Below the pieces are notes generated by a model, which worked only from the letters and a program-made list of their open reading frames with translations, ran no database searches and was not told where the DNA came from. The position numbers were made by a program, and so were the translations under genes. Positions 38,469 to 46,739 of a stretch of DNA of 64,000 nt are shown here, piece after piece; within the stretch, counting starts at the first letter, position 1, and every line of letters starts with the position of its first letter. The DNA comes from Elusimicrobiota bacterium (GTDB lineage Bacteria > Elusimicrobiota > Elusimicrobia > Elusimicrobiales > UBA9959), in the NCBI GenBank assembly GCA_027340875.1, contig DAIENX010000007.1, forward strand, positions 101,143 to 165,142, written 5' to 3'.

Positions 38469-39308
38469 CTAGCCGCCCAGGTCATACTCCATCTCCGCTT
38501 CCTCGTTGACATAGAGGTCGGAGTTCTTGTAGCGGGAGATATCCACGCCGCGGCGGGCCAGGAATTCCAGCGCCAGCTCCTTGTACGCCAGGGCGCCGCG
38601 GGAGCTGGGGTCATAGACGAAGATAGGCTGGCCGTAGCTCGGGGCCTCGGCCAGGCGGACGTTCCTGGGGATAACGGTCTTGTACAGTTTCTCCCCGTAG
38701 TATCTGGCTATCTCCTCTTTCACCTGGTTGGCGAGGTTTATCCTCGAATCGAACATGGTTATGACGCCGCCGTCTATCTTCAGGCCGGGATTAAGGGCCA
38801 CTTTTATTTTTTCGACGGTGTTCATGAAGTAGGCCAGGCCCTCCATGGCGTAATATTCGCACTGCACGGGCGTGATCACGGAATCGGAGGCATTGAGCGC
38901 ATTAACGGTCAGCAGCCCGAGCGACGGAGGGCAGTCTATAACGATGAACTTGTACATCCCCCTCACCTTATCCAGGGCTCTCTTCAGGACGGCCTCCCGG
39001 GAAAGCACCCCGACCAGCTCTATCTCGGCGCCGGCGAGGTTGTGGCTGGTGGGAACGATGTCCAGCCACTCCACGGAGGTCTGGTGTATAGCCGCCTCCA
39101 CCGGGGCCCTCCCGCTCAGCACGTCGTAGATATTCTTGTTGTTCTTGGTGATGTCCACGCCCAGGCCCGACGTGGAATTACTCTGCGGGTCGAAGTCTAT
39201 CAGCAGCGTTTCATAGTCGAAAGCGGCCAGGGCCACCGCCAGGTTGATTGCCGTGGTGGTCTTCCCTACGCCGCCCTTCTGGTTGGCTACTGCCACTATT
39301 TCTGACAT
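38469..39308 (-). CDS. parA: Chromosome partitioning ATPase ParA/Soj
   Basis: NQKGGVGKTT, DPQSN, DCPPSLG, QCEYYAMEG, IPRNVRLAEAPS. Confidence 0.96.
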   Translation of the reverse strand: MSEIVAVANQKGGVGKTTTAINLAVALAAFDYETLLIDFDPQSNSTSGLGVDITKNNKNIYDVLSGRAPVEAAIHQTSVEWLDIVPTSHNLAGAEIELVGVLSREAVLKRALDKVRGMYKFIVIDCPPSLGLLTVNALNASDSVITPVQCEYYAMEGLAYFMNTVEKIKVALNPGLKIDGGVITMFDSRINLANQVKEEIARYYGEKLYKTVIPRNVRLAEAPSYGQPIFVYDPSSRGALAYKELALEFLARRGVDISRYKNSDLYVNEEAEMEYDLGG

Positions 39309-39335
39309 ATCAGCTCCGTTCCTTCCGCGCGCCCT

Positions 39336-39495
39336 GTTTTCACGTGAAACGTTCCTGCGCCGCGGTATCCACAATTCTATAGATTTGGGCCATCCGTGTC
39401 AACTGTACGCCGGTTTGGCCGCTGTTTTCACGTGAAACACCCCCTCCCGCCCGCTTCATGGTATTTTGGGCGGGGGTCTGTTTTCACGTGAAAAC
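39336..39495. promoter_or_regulatory. parS: Three parS-like sites upstream of parA
   Basis: GTTTTCACGTGAAACG (39336), GTTTTCACGTGAAACA (39424), GTTTTCACGTGAAAAC (39480) versus consensus TGTTTCACGTGAAACA. Confidence 0.85.
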
Positions 39496-39500
39496 CGCCC

Positions 39501-39797
39501 CTACCCCATTCTCTTGGCCGCTTCCGCGGCATCGATATCCCCGCGCTCCAGATCTTCCAATATCTTTGAAAGTTTTTCGCGCCTGTGCCGCCCCTGGGAG
39601 AACTTGTGCCCCCACCACTGCCGCCCGAAAAGAGCGTCCCATATAGACATAAGACCGACGGCCACTATTATGACGGGCCAGTCGCGCCCAAAATGGAACG
39701 ACAGGCTGATATACCCCAGGTTGTGCGCCCATATCAGGGCGCCGGCGCCGGCGATAATAATTCCCCAGAAGAACTTCCTCATGCTGAATGCGAGCAT
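39501..39797 (-). CDS. Small membrane protein (LiaF-TM/DUF5668-like) with SHOCT-like tail
   Basis: Two TM helices, WPVIIVAVG, ILEDLERGDIDAAEA. Confidence 0.7.
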   Translation of the reverse strand: MLAFSMRKFFWGIIIAGAGALIWAHNLGYISLSFHFGRDWPVIIVAVGLMSIWDALFGRQWWGHKFSQGRHRREKLSKILEDLERGDIDAAEAAKRMG

Positions 39798-39808
39798 TGT
39801 CTCCCCCT

Positions 39809-40174
39809 TTATTCTATGAATATCTCCACTTTGTCCCCGCCATCCTGAACATCCACTATCTTCATGGGCGTCTGCTGCTCTATAGCCTCCTGTATGCGCC
39901 CCAGGTCGACGTTGTAGCCCTTCCCCTCCAGCTTGGACCTTATCTTCCCCTCTATGAAAGGAAGCATGAACTTCGCCCAGCCCAGCGGCACGTTCACGTT
40001 CACTTTGGGCTCCGACGTCCCCCCCTCGTACACGCGTATCCGGAGCGCCCGCCCCTTACCGGCCTCCGGCGCCGGCGACGAAGCCTCCAGCGCCTCCAGC
40101 AGCGACATGGCTTCCGCGGTGCCGATCTTCTTCTCCTCCAGCAGCTTCAATATGCGCATCTTCTCTTCGTTCAT
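39809..40174 (-). CDS. SHOCT-like (YvlB N-terminal) domain protein
   Basis: EEKMRILKLLEEKKIGTAEAMSLLEAL; LRIRV..KVNVNVP. Confidence 0.75.
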   Translation of the reverse strand: MNEEKMRILKLLEEKKIGTAEAMSLLEALEASSPAPEAGKGRALRIRVYEGGTSEPKVNVNVPLGWAKFMLPFIEGKIRSKLEGKGYNVDLGRIQEAIEQQTPMKIVDVQDGGDKVEIFIE

Positions 40175-40183
40175 AACCCCTCC

Positions 40184-40552
40184 TTATGACTCAAGACCCT
40201 TCAACAGCCCGACGGCTTCCTGCGCGGAGATCTCCCCCCGCTCAAGCCTTGAAACTATCTCCAGCCTGCGCTTCTTGGCCTCGGCCCGCAGGCTTCCCAG
40301 TCCGAGCCGGTTCAGCAGGGCATCCAGCCTTCCCTTGACCGTAGGATAGGAGATATTAAGCTGCCTCTCCACCTCCTTGATATTTCCCCGGGCGGACAAA
40401 AAGACCCGCAGGAAATTTTCATCCTCTTTGGAAAGCAGGGCAAAAACCGGCAGCTCGAAGTTGCCCTTGATGGTGGTATGGCAGTCACCGCAACCAAGCT
40501 CAGTTACGACCACCTTTCCGCCGCAAGAAGGACATTTATTAGGAATATTCAT
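40184..40552 (-). CDS. DUF2089 family zinc-ribbon/HTH regulator
   Basis: CPSCG..CGDC, GNIKEVERQLNISYPTVKGRLD. Confidence 0.88.
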   Translation of the reverse strand: MNIPNKCPSCGGKVVVTELGCGDCHTTIKGNFELPVFALLSKEDENFLRVFLSARGNIKEVERQLNISYPTVKGRLDALLNRLGLGSLRAEAKKRRLEIVSRLERGEISAQEAVGLLKGLES

Positions 40553-40601
40553 ATATTCAATTTACACATTAATATTTTCAATATTTTATTTCACTATTCA
40601 A

Positions 40602-40630
40602 ATTATAACAGAACATATTTAAAATGTCAA
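40602..40630 (-). promoter_or_regulatory. Consensus sigma70 promoter of the DUF2089 operon
   Basis: Minus strand TTGACA-17 nt-TATAAT with TG extension. Confidence 0.85.
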
Positions 40631-40636
40631 GGCCAA

Positions 40637-40678
40637 AATAAAAAACCGCCCTCCTTATATTAAACATAAGGAAGGCGG
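40637..40678 (-). terminator. Intrinsic terminator
   Basis: 13-bp stem (one G-U on the minus strand) followed by a T-run, downstream of 40694..41809. Confidence 0.75.
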
Positions 40679-40693
40679 CAGAAAACCAGGTCT

Positions 40694-41809
40694 TTAGCCT
40701 ACTTTCGAAGCCAGCAACGACACCTGCTCAAGAATTTTTTTCACATCCTCCGTTCTCACGCACCCTTCCCGGGTGAAAGAGAACTTGAACTCTCCGCCCT
40801 CCAGGGACATCCCGGTAAAACCGGCGGCATCGGAAAAGATTCCCGGCTCGCGCCTGGCGGGGGGGAGGATGCGCATGGCCTCGCCGGGCCTGTCGCAGCG
40901 CACGTCGTAAAAATCCCAGTGCGGCACGTCGGGAACGCGGGGGAGAGAGCCGAACGAGACCCCCAGCGCGTTCTCGGGCTTCACCGAGAGCCTGAGGCCC
41001 GACGAATTCGGACAGCGGCAGAGCACCTGCAGCATGAAGCTGGGCGGCGCGCCCCTGCTCGAGGCGCGCTGGTCCACGTCGAAGAACACCTCCAGGCCGT
41101 TCATGAAGCCCTTGGAATCATAGATCCCGTCGCCGGAGCCGGCGTCGACGAAGCCGAGCTTGGCGCCGATAGCGCGCCCCTCGCCGCTGCGCTGGCGCGA
41201 CATGCCGAAATACGCCCCGGCCATCCCGACGATCAGCCCCAGGAGCCCCAAAACGCCGTAAGGACGGCTATTCTCCGGCGAGAAAGCCCCTGCCGCAATG
41301 AACACGCCCAGGAATATGCCGCCGATCACCAGAAGAAAGGAGAACAGCGCCAGAGCCCCGTAAAGGACGTTGGAACGGACCGCGGGAGTGCCGTACAGCA
41401 GTTTGCCGCCTATAACGACGAGCACGCCCAGCGGGATAAGGGAAAAGGTCGATACGGAATAGGTGTTCACGCCGTTGGGCCCCGCGAAGAAGGCCGCGGC
41501 TCCGCCCAGGACCATCAGCGCGCCCGTCAGGTACACCCAGGAAGGCGCCTCGGCGGGCACTTCGACGCCCATCAGCTCGGGAAGGAGGGTCTCGTCCTCC
41601 CCGGAGGGAGGGGGCGGCGGCGCGCCCGACGGAAGAGACCGCTCCTCATCCCGGCCGATGAAGGGGGAAACCACGAACAGCACCCCTCCGAGGACCATCA
41701 GGGCGAAGGACAGGTAGAACAAAGAGTTCCCGGGGTAATAACGCTCAAGCCTGAAGCCTATCACGGAGGCCACGAGGAGGGGAAAACCGGCCTTACGAAG
41801 CACCTTCAT
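40694..41809 (-). CDS. Multi-pass membrane hypothetical protein
   Basis: About six hydrophobic helices then a soluble C-terminal domain. Confidence 0.7.
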   Translation of the reverse strand: MKVLRKAGFPLLVASVIGFRLERYYPGNSLFYLSFALMVLGGVLFVVSPFIGRDEERSLPSGAPPPPPSGEDETLLPELMGVEVPAEAPSWVYLTGALMVLGGAAAFFAGPNGVNTYSVSTFSLIPLGVLVVIGGKLLYGTPAVRSNVLYGALALFSFLLVIGGIFLGVFIAAGAFSPENSRPYGVLGLLGLIVGMAGAYFGMSRQRSGEGRAIGAKLGFVDAGSGDGIYDSKGFMNGLEVFFDVDQRASSRGAPPSFMLQVLCRCPNSSGLRLSVKPENALGVSFGSLPRVPDVPHWDFYDVRCDRPGEAMRILPPARREPGIFSDAAGFTGMSLEGGEFKFSFTREGCVRTEDVKKILEQVSLLASKVG

Positions 41810-41834
41810 GAGCAGATTATATCAGCCGGCGGGG

Positions 41835-41864
41835 AAAAAAGAAAGGCCCGGTCTCCCGGGCCTT
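41835..41864 (-). terminator. Intrinsic terminator
   Basis: AAGGCCCGG-4-CCGGGCCTT stem followed by TCTTTTTT on the minus strand. Confidence 0.75.
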
Positions 41865-41884
41865 GGCGCCAAGCGCGCGCGGGC

Positions 41885-42151
41885 TTAGAACCCGCCGGAG
41901 CCGCCGGAACCGTCCGGATCGGAGCCGCCGCCGGAATCGTCGCTCCCGCCGCCGCAGCCGCCGTCGTCGGTGGAGTCGTCCGGCCCGCCGTTCCCTCCGT
42001 CATCATCGTAGCCGTCGGGATCCCCGGAGCCGGTGCCGTCGGGCGTGGAGCCGGCCGCGAAAGCCGCCGGGCAGAGCGGGCCCGTCAGGACAGCGAAGCC
42101 GCCCAGAACGACCGCCAGAGTCATCAGAACCGCCGCAAAAAGTTTCCTCAT
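41885..42151 (-). CDS. Small exported Gly/Asp/Ser-rich protein
   Basis: GGAGG RBS, signal peptide ending AFA, acidic low-complexity mature part, own terminator. Confidence 0.7.
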   Translation of the reverse strand: MRKLFAAVLMTLAVVLGGFAVLTGPLCPAAFAAGSTPDGTGSGDPDGYDDDGGNGGPDDSTDDGGCGGGSDDSGGGSDPDGSGGSGGF

Positions 42152-42257
42152 ATACCCTCCAGTCAGGAAATGTTAGCAAACCGCCGGCCCGCGCCGCATT
42201 GACCTAGGACAGGTCTCAGCGGGCCCTGTCAATGGAGACACGCTCCGGAAACGGCCG

Positions 42258-42527
42258 CTAATCCCAGCCCATGGAATCCATCTCTTTGTCCGACGTAAAA
42301 GCGGCCTGGGAGGCCTCTGGTTCTGTTTTTCCCGGCGCGGAGGGGGGGAGCGGCCCGGGCGCGGAGGCGGCGGACGCCGTCCCCGCCAGCGCGGAGGCCG
42401 GCACCGCCCAGTTCCTCCCTACGCGTATGGCCGGCATGCTGCCCGCCTTGACGCGCTTAAAAACGGCGATGCGGCTGACGCCCAGCAAAGCGGCAGCCTC
42501 GGGAATAGAGTAGTACTCCCTTGCCAT
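42258..42527 (-). CDS. Excisionase/BldC-like helix-turn-helix DNA-binding protein
   Basis: YYSIPEAAALLGVSRIAVFKRVKAGSMPAIRVGRNWAV (HTH_17 pattern). Confidence 0.85.
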   Translation of the reverse strand: MAREYYSIPEAAALLGVSRIAVFKRVKAGSMPAIRVGRNWAVPASALAGTASAASAPGPLPPSAPGKTEPEASQAAFTSDKEMDSMGWD

Positions 42528-42536
42528 CCTTCAGAT

Positions 42537-42615
42537 ATTAACTTATGTTAACCTTAATTTCAATAAAAAAAATCAACATCAACCCTTGCCAGCAATCTAG
42601 TTAACTTTAGTTAAC
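42537..42615. promoter_or_regulatory. Two RTTAAC-N4-GTTAAC operator-like boxes
   Basis: ATTAAC-TTAT-GTTAAC (42537) and GTTAAC-TTTA-GTTAAC (42600) in an AT-rich divergent promoter. Confidence 0.55.
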
Positions 42616-42704
42616 CAGAAAATAAGGGCCCGCCATACCGTCACCAGCCCGCACCGCGCGCAGGAGAAAATGCCCCAGGCCGAAAAATTTATATACTATG
42701 AGCG

Positions 42705-43697
42705 ATGCGTATCCTTATATTAGGAGGCACCCGCTTCTTCGGAAGGGAAACGGCGATACGCCTGCAGAAAGCCGGCCACGAGGTAACGGTGTTCTCCCGC
42801 CGCGTCCCGGTGGACGGCCTGCCGCTGGACATACGCCAGGCCAGGGGGGACCGCGCGGTGGAGATAGACCTCAACCGCATGGCCGTGGAGCCCTGGGACG
42901 CCATAATAGACAACATCTGCTACAGCGGCGAGGACGCGCAAAAGGCCGTAAAGGTATTCAGCGGGAGGACCGGCATATACCTGTTCACCTCCTCAGCCTC
43001 GGTATACCCGATCTTCGAGGGAGCGGTTTCGCCGTACCGCGAGAACCTGACGGACCTGCTGCGCCTGAAGGAACCGCTCAAGGAGAAATACGCCTACGGC
43101 CTCGGCAAGCTCGCCGCCGAAAGGGAGTTCCTGAAGGCTTTCGCCGAGAAGAAGTTCCCGGCCGTCGTGGTCCGGCCGCCAATAGTCATCGGCCCGGGAG
43201 ACCCGACGCTCCGGGCCTATTCCTACTGGCTGCGGCTGGCCGACGGCGGGCCGCTGCTGCTGCCCGGCTCCTATTTCCGCAGCCGCTACGTGTTCTCCCG
43301 GGACCTGGCCGGGGCCATAGAGACGCTGATCGGTTCCGCCGGGCATTGCGGCAGGGTCTTCAACATCGCCGGAGCGGAACAGCTGACGCTGGAGGATTTC
43401 GCCAGGATCTCCGCCCGGATAATGCATAAGGACGCGGAGCTGCTCTGCCCGGACCACGCCTGGCTGAAGGAGCGGGGCTTCGACTTCTCGGCCTCGCCGT
43501 TCTCTTCGGGCGGGGACTTCGTGCAGGACATCTCGCTGGCCGAAAAGGAGCTGGGCTGGAGCCCGACTCCGGCGGCGGAGTGGATAGAGGAAACGATACA
43601 CTGGCAGCTGTTCAGCTACACCGGCCCGGCGCCGAAGAACTACGCCGGCCGCAAGCGGGAGCTGGAACTGGCCGCTGAATGGAAGGCAAGGACATGA
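42705..43697 (+). CDS. NAD-dependent epimerase/dehydratase family protein
   Basis: ILILGGTRFFG, TSSASVY, YGLGK (YxxxK), VVRPP. Confidence 0.88.
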   Translation: MRILILGGTRFFGRETAIRLQKAGHEVTVFSRRVPVDGLPLDIRQARGDRAVEIDLNRMAVEPWDAIIDNICYSGEDAQKAVKVFSGRTGIYLFTSSASVYPIFEGAVSPYRENLTDLLRLKEPLKEKYAYGLGKLAAEREFLKAFAEKKFPAVVVRPPIVIGPGDPTLRAYSYWLRLADGGPLLLPGSYFRSRYVFSRDLAGAIETLIGSAGHCGRVFNIAGAEQLTLEDFARISARIMHKDAELLCPDHAWLKERGFDFSASPFSSGGDFVQDISLAEKELGWSPTPAAEWIEETIHWQLFSYTGPAPKNYAGRKRELELAAEWKART

Positions 43698-44293
43698 CCA
43701 CCACCGAAAGAGCGGGAAAGATAAAGATATTCCTGATGGACGTGGACGGGGTGCTGACGGACGGGAAGATGTACTACGTCCCCGGCCCGCGGGGGATGAT
43801 AGAGTTCAAGGGTTTCCACTCGCTGGACGGCATAGGACTGCGCCTGCTGAACCAGTTCGGGGTGCTGACCGGCGTGATCACCGGACGCGAGTCGCCCTCC
43901 ACCGAGGAGCGCGCGGCGGGCCTCGGCATGTCCTACGCCTACCAGGGCTTCCTGTCCAAGGTGGAGCCGCTGCGGAAAATACTCGAGGATACCGGCCTCA
44001 AGCCCGAGAACGTGGCCTACATGGGGGACGATCTCACAGACCTGCCGGTGCTGCGGCTGGCGGGGCTGCCCTGCGCGCCCGCGAACGCGATACAGGAGGT
44101 GAAGAGGGCCTCCCGCCTCGTCACGAAGCGCGAAGGCGGAGCCGGCGCCGTGCGCGAAGTCTGCGATCTCATACTCAGGAGCCAGGGGCGCTGGGCGGAG
44201 GTGATGCGCTGCGTGGAGACGGCCCACTGGCCGCCGGTTCGCGGCGCCGGCCTGAAGATAGTGCGCCAGTCCGGGAAAAGGGGGAAGAAATGA
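43694..44293 (+). CDS. kdsC: KDO 8-phosphate phosphatase (HAD)
   Basis: [33 protein letters not shown]. Confidence 0.88.
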   Translation: MTTTERAGKIKIFLMDVDGVLTDGKMYYVPGPRGMIEFKGFHSLDGIGLRLLNQFGVLTGVITGRESPSTEERAAGLGMSYAYQGFLSKVEPLRKILEDTGLKPENVAYMGDDLTDLPVLRLAGLPCAPANAIQEVKRASRLVTKREGGAGAVREVCDLILRSQGRWAEVMRCVETAHWPPVRGAGLKIVRQSGKRGKK

Positions 44294-44745
44294 AGCTGCT
44301 CTGCGGCGCCGCGCTGGCGCTGGCACTGGCCGGGCCGGCCGCTGCCTCGTTCGACGAATGGGAACCCGAGGCCTCCCAGCAGGCCGACGAGGCCCAGGCC
44401 GGGGAGGAGGACGGCGCCCAGCCGCTTCTCCAGGAGAGCGGAGAGGACCTGGCTGATTTCGTCACCGACTACATACGCAAGGACATACAGCTCAAAGGGG
44501 CCTTCTTCATCGAGGACAAGGCCGCGAAGAAGGTCCTGAAGCTTTCGCTGCTGGCCGTAGGAACGGAGACCTCCGACGGAGAGAACGGCTCCAGGGCCGT
44601 TACCGCGCGCTTCAAGGACGCCGGCGGCGCGGAGTTCTCGGTGCTGTTCTGGCTGCGGGACGCGCCGTGGGGCGGCCTGGACATCTTCAGGCTCGAGCTT
44701 AAAGCCTCCAAGCCGGCGCCCGCCGCCGGGAAGGGGAAAAGATGA
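44290..44745 (+). CDS. Exported hypothetical protein
   Basis: Signal peptide; overlaps both neighbours by 4 nt. Confidence 0.65.
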   Translation: MKLLCGAALALALAGPAAASFDEWEPEASQQADEAQAGEEDGAQPLLQESGEDLADFVTDYIRKDIQLKGAFFIEDKAAKKVLKLSLLAVGTETSDGENGSRAVTARFKDAGGAEFSVLFWLRDAPWGGLDIFRLELKASKPAPAAGKGKR

Positions 44746-45428
44746 AGGGGCAGTTCCTGACGGCTTTCGGGGCCGGGCTGGCCTCCTTCTTCTCCCCGTG
44801 CATACTGCCGCTGCTGCCGGCCTACCTCTCGATGCTCTCGGGCTTCTCCGCCGGCGAGATAACGCGCGGCGACGCGAAGGTGTCCGTGAAGAAAGTAATG
44901 GGCAACGCCGCGCTCTTCGTGACCGGCTTCACGCTGGCCTTCGCCGGCCTGGGCGCGGCGGCCTCGGGCATAGGCGCGCTGCTGTACGACTACAAGTACG
45001 TCCTGATGAAGGTCTTCGGCGTGGTCATGGTGCTGCTCGGCGCGCACATGACCGGCCTGCTGAACCTGAACTTCCTCAACTATGAGAAGCGCCTTTCCAC
45101 CCGGGGACTGGCGCAGGGCCCCGTGGGCTCCTTCCTGGCCGGCTTCGCCTTCGCGCTGGGCTGGTCGCCGTGCATAGGGCCCATGCTCGCCTTCATCCTC
45201 GGCATGGCCGCTGCCTCCGGCACCGCCGCCAAGGGAGTGGCGCTGCTGCTGGTCTATTCCGCCGGCCTGGCCGTCCCGCTGCTGGCGGCGGCGGCCCTGA
45301 CCGCCGAGTTCTTCTCCTTCATAGCGCGCTGGCGCGGGGCGATGCGCTGGGTGGAAGTGGGCGCGGGGGTGGTGCTCGCCGCTGCCGGCGTGCTGCTGTT
45401 CCTGGACAAGCTGATGGTTATGGGTTAA
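44742..45428 (+). CDS. ccdA: Cytochrome c biogenesis/thiol-disulfide transporter CcdA
   Basis: SFFSPCILPLLPAYL and GWSPCIGP. Confidence 0.9.
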   Translation: MKGQFLTAFGAGLASFFSPCILPLLPAYLSMLSGFSAGEITRGDAKVSVKKVMGNAALFVTGFTLAFAGLGAAASGIGALLYDYKYVLMKVFGVVMVLLGAHMTGLLNLNFLNYEKRLSTRGLAQGPVGSFLAGFAFALGWSPCIGPMLAFILGMAAASGTAAKGVALLLVYSAGLAVPLLAAAALTAEFFSFIARWRGAMRWVEVGAGVVLAAAGVLLFLDKLMVMG

Positions 45429-45444
45429 GTTCCGCGGCGGACCT

Positions 45445-46020
45445 TCAGGAGAATTTCCTGGAGCCGGGTTTCACCACCGGGGTTCCGGAAGCGCAGAGCG
45501 GGCATTTGTCAGGCTGATAGGCAGTCAGGCCCAGCCTTAGCAGGCTCAGCGCCGGGAACGGCAAAGTCCTTTCGCCCATCCGGTTTATCACCGACATGGC
45601 TCCGATAGTTTCGGCGCCGGCGGCGGCGGCGACCGCGGCCGTCTCCAGCGTGGACTTCCCGGTGGTGAAGACGTCCTCCACGATGACGATCCGCGCGCCC
45701 TTCTTCAGCGAGAACCCGCGGCGCAGCGTCATCAGGTTGTTCTCCCTCTCCGTGAAGATGAAATCCACGCCGAACGCGCGGGCCACCTCGTGCCCGATGA
45801 TCAGGCCGCCCATAGCCGGGGAAAGGACCAGGTCCGGCCTGGCCCCGCTCCAGCCTGCTGCCAGCGCGGCCCCCATGCGCCCGGCCCAGGCCGGGTTCTT
45901 GAGCGCCAACGCGCACTGGACGTAATTGGGGCTGTGCAGCCCGGAGGAGAGCAGGAAGTGCCCCTCGAGGAAGGCGCCCGAAGAGGCCAGATAGCTCCTG
46001 AGTTCTTCCTCGTCTATCAT
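45445..46020 (-). CDS. pyrE: Orotate phosphoribosyltransferase
   Basis: GHFLLSSGLHS, VIVEDVFTTGKS; in pyr cluster. Confidence 0.93.
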   Translation of the reverse strand: MIDEEELRSYLASSGAFLEGHFLLSSGLHSPNYVQCALALKNPAWAGRMGAALAAGWSGARPDLVLSPAMGGLIIGHEVARAFGVDFIFTERENNLMTLRRGFSLKKGARIVIVEDVFTTGKSTLETAAVAAAAGAETIGAMSVINRMGERTLPFPALSLLRLGLTAYQPDKCPLCASGTPVVKPGSRKFS

Positions 46021-46694
46021 TTCAGGTCCTCCAGTATGCCCGCCGCGGCCGCGGCCGGATCCCCGGCCGCTATTATCGGGCGCCCCACTACTATGAAATC
46101 CGAGCCGGCCTCCCTGGCCGCCGCCGGCGTGACCGCGCGCTTCTGGTCGTCGCCCAGCGCGGCGGGCCTGATGCCGGGGGTGATCAGCTTGATGCCCGCC
46201 CCGTGGAGCTTCCTGAGCTGGCCGGCCTCCAGCGGCGAGCAGACAACGCCGTCGGCGCCGCTATCCAGGCCGAGGGCCGCCAGGTTCCTGACGGTCTTGG
46301 CTATGCCGCAGCGGTAGCCGGCGCGGAACAGGCCGTACTCGTCGAAGCTGGTCAGCACCGTGATGCCCCAGAGCTTCGGGCGCTTCTCGAGCTCCGCGCA
46401 GGCCTTCACCATCTCCGCGCCGCCGGAAAGATGCAGCGAGACGGAGTAGACGCCCATCGCGGCGGCGTTGCGCACGGCGCCTTTTACGGTGTTGGGGATG
46501 TCGTGGAACTTGAGGTCCAGGAAGACGCGCCCGCCGTGCTTGTGGACGAGGTCCACCGCCGCGGGCCCCTCCGCGGTGAACAGCACCGAACCTATCTTGA
46601 AGAACTTCACGCGCCCCTCGAGCTTCCGCAGAAGCGTCTCGGCGGACTTCAGCGTGTCCGTGTCCAGCGCGGCTATCAGTTCGGTCTTGTGCAT
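46017..46694 (-). CDS. pyrF: Orotidine-5'-phosphate decarboxylase
   Basis: FLDLKFHDIPNTV, TPGIRP, DDQKR, VVGRPI. Confidence 0.96.
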   Translation of the reverse strand: MHKTELIAALDTDTLKSAETLLRKLEGRVKFFKIGSVLFTAEGPAAVDLVHKHGGRVFLDLKFHDIPNTVKGAVRNAAAMGVYSVSLHLSGGAEMVKACAELEKRPKLWGITVLTSFDEYGLFRAGYRCGIAKTVRNLAALGLDSGADGVVCSPLEAGQLRKLHGAGIKLITPGIRPAALGDDQKRAVTPAAAREAGSDFIVVGRPIIAAGDPAAAAAGILEDLK

Positions 46695-46739
46695 AGGGGG
46701 AGCGGATTAATTATATAAAATCGCCCGCCTCCCCGCCGG

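Noticed and set aside
40553-40690. AT-rich tract as oriC
   Set aside because: No DnaA-box array; it is explained by a promoter and a terminator.
42258-42527. Excisionase as evidence of a prophage or ICE
   Set aside because: No integrase, tRNA/att site or phage genes in the window.
42705-43697. Epimerase as the ceramide reductase CerR
   Set aside because: It lies 33 kb from spt and has only generic extended-SDR motifs, so there is no specific support.
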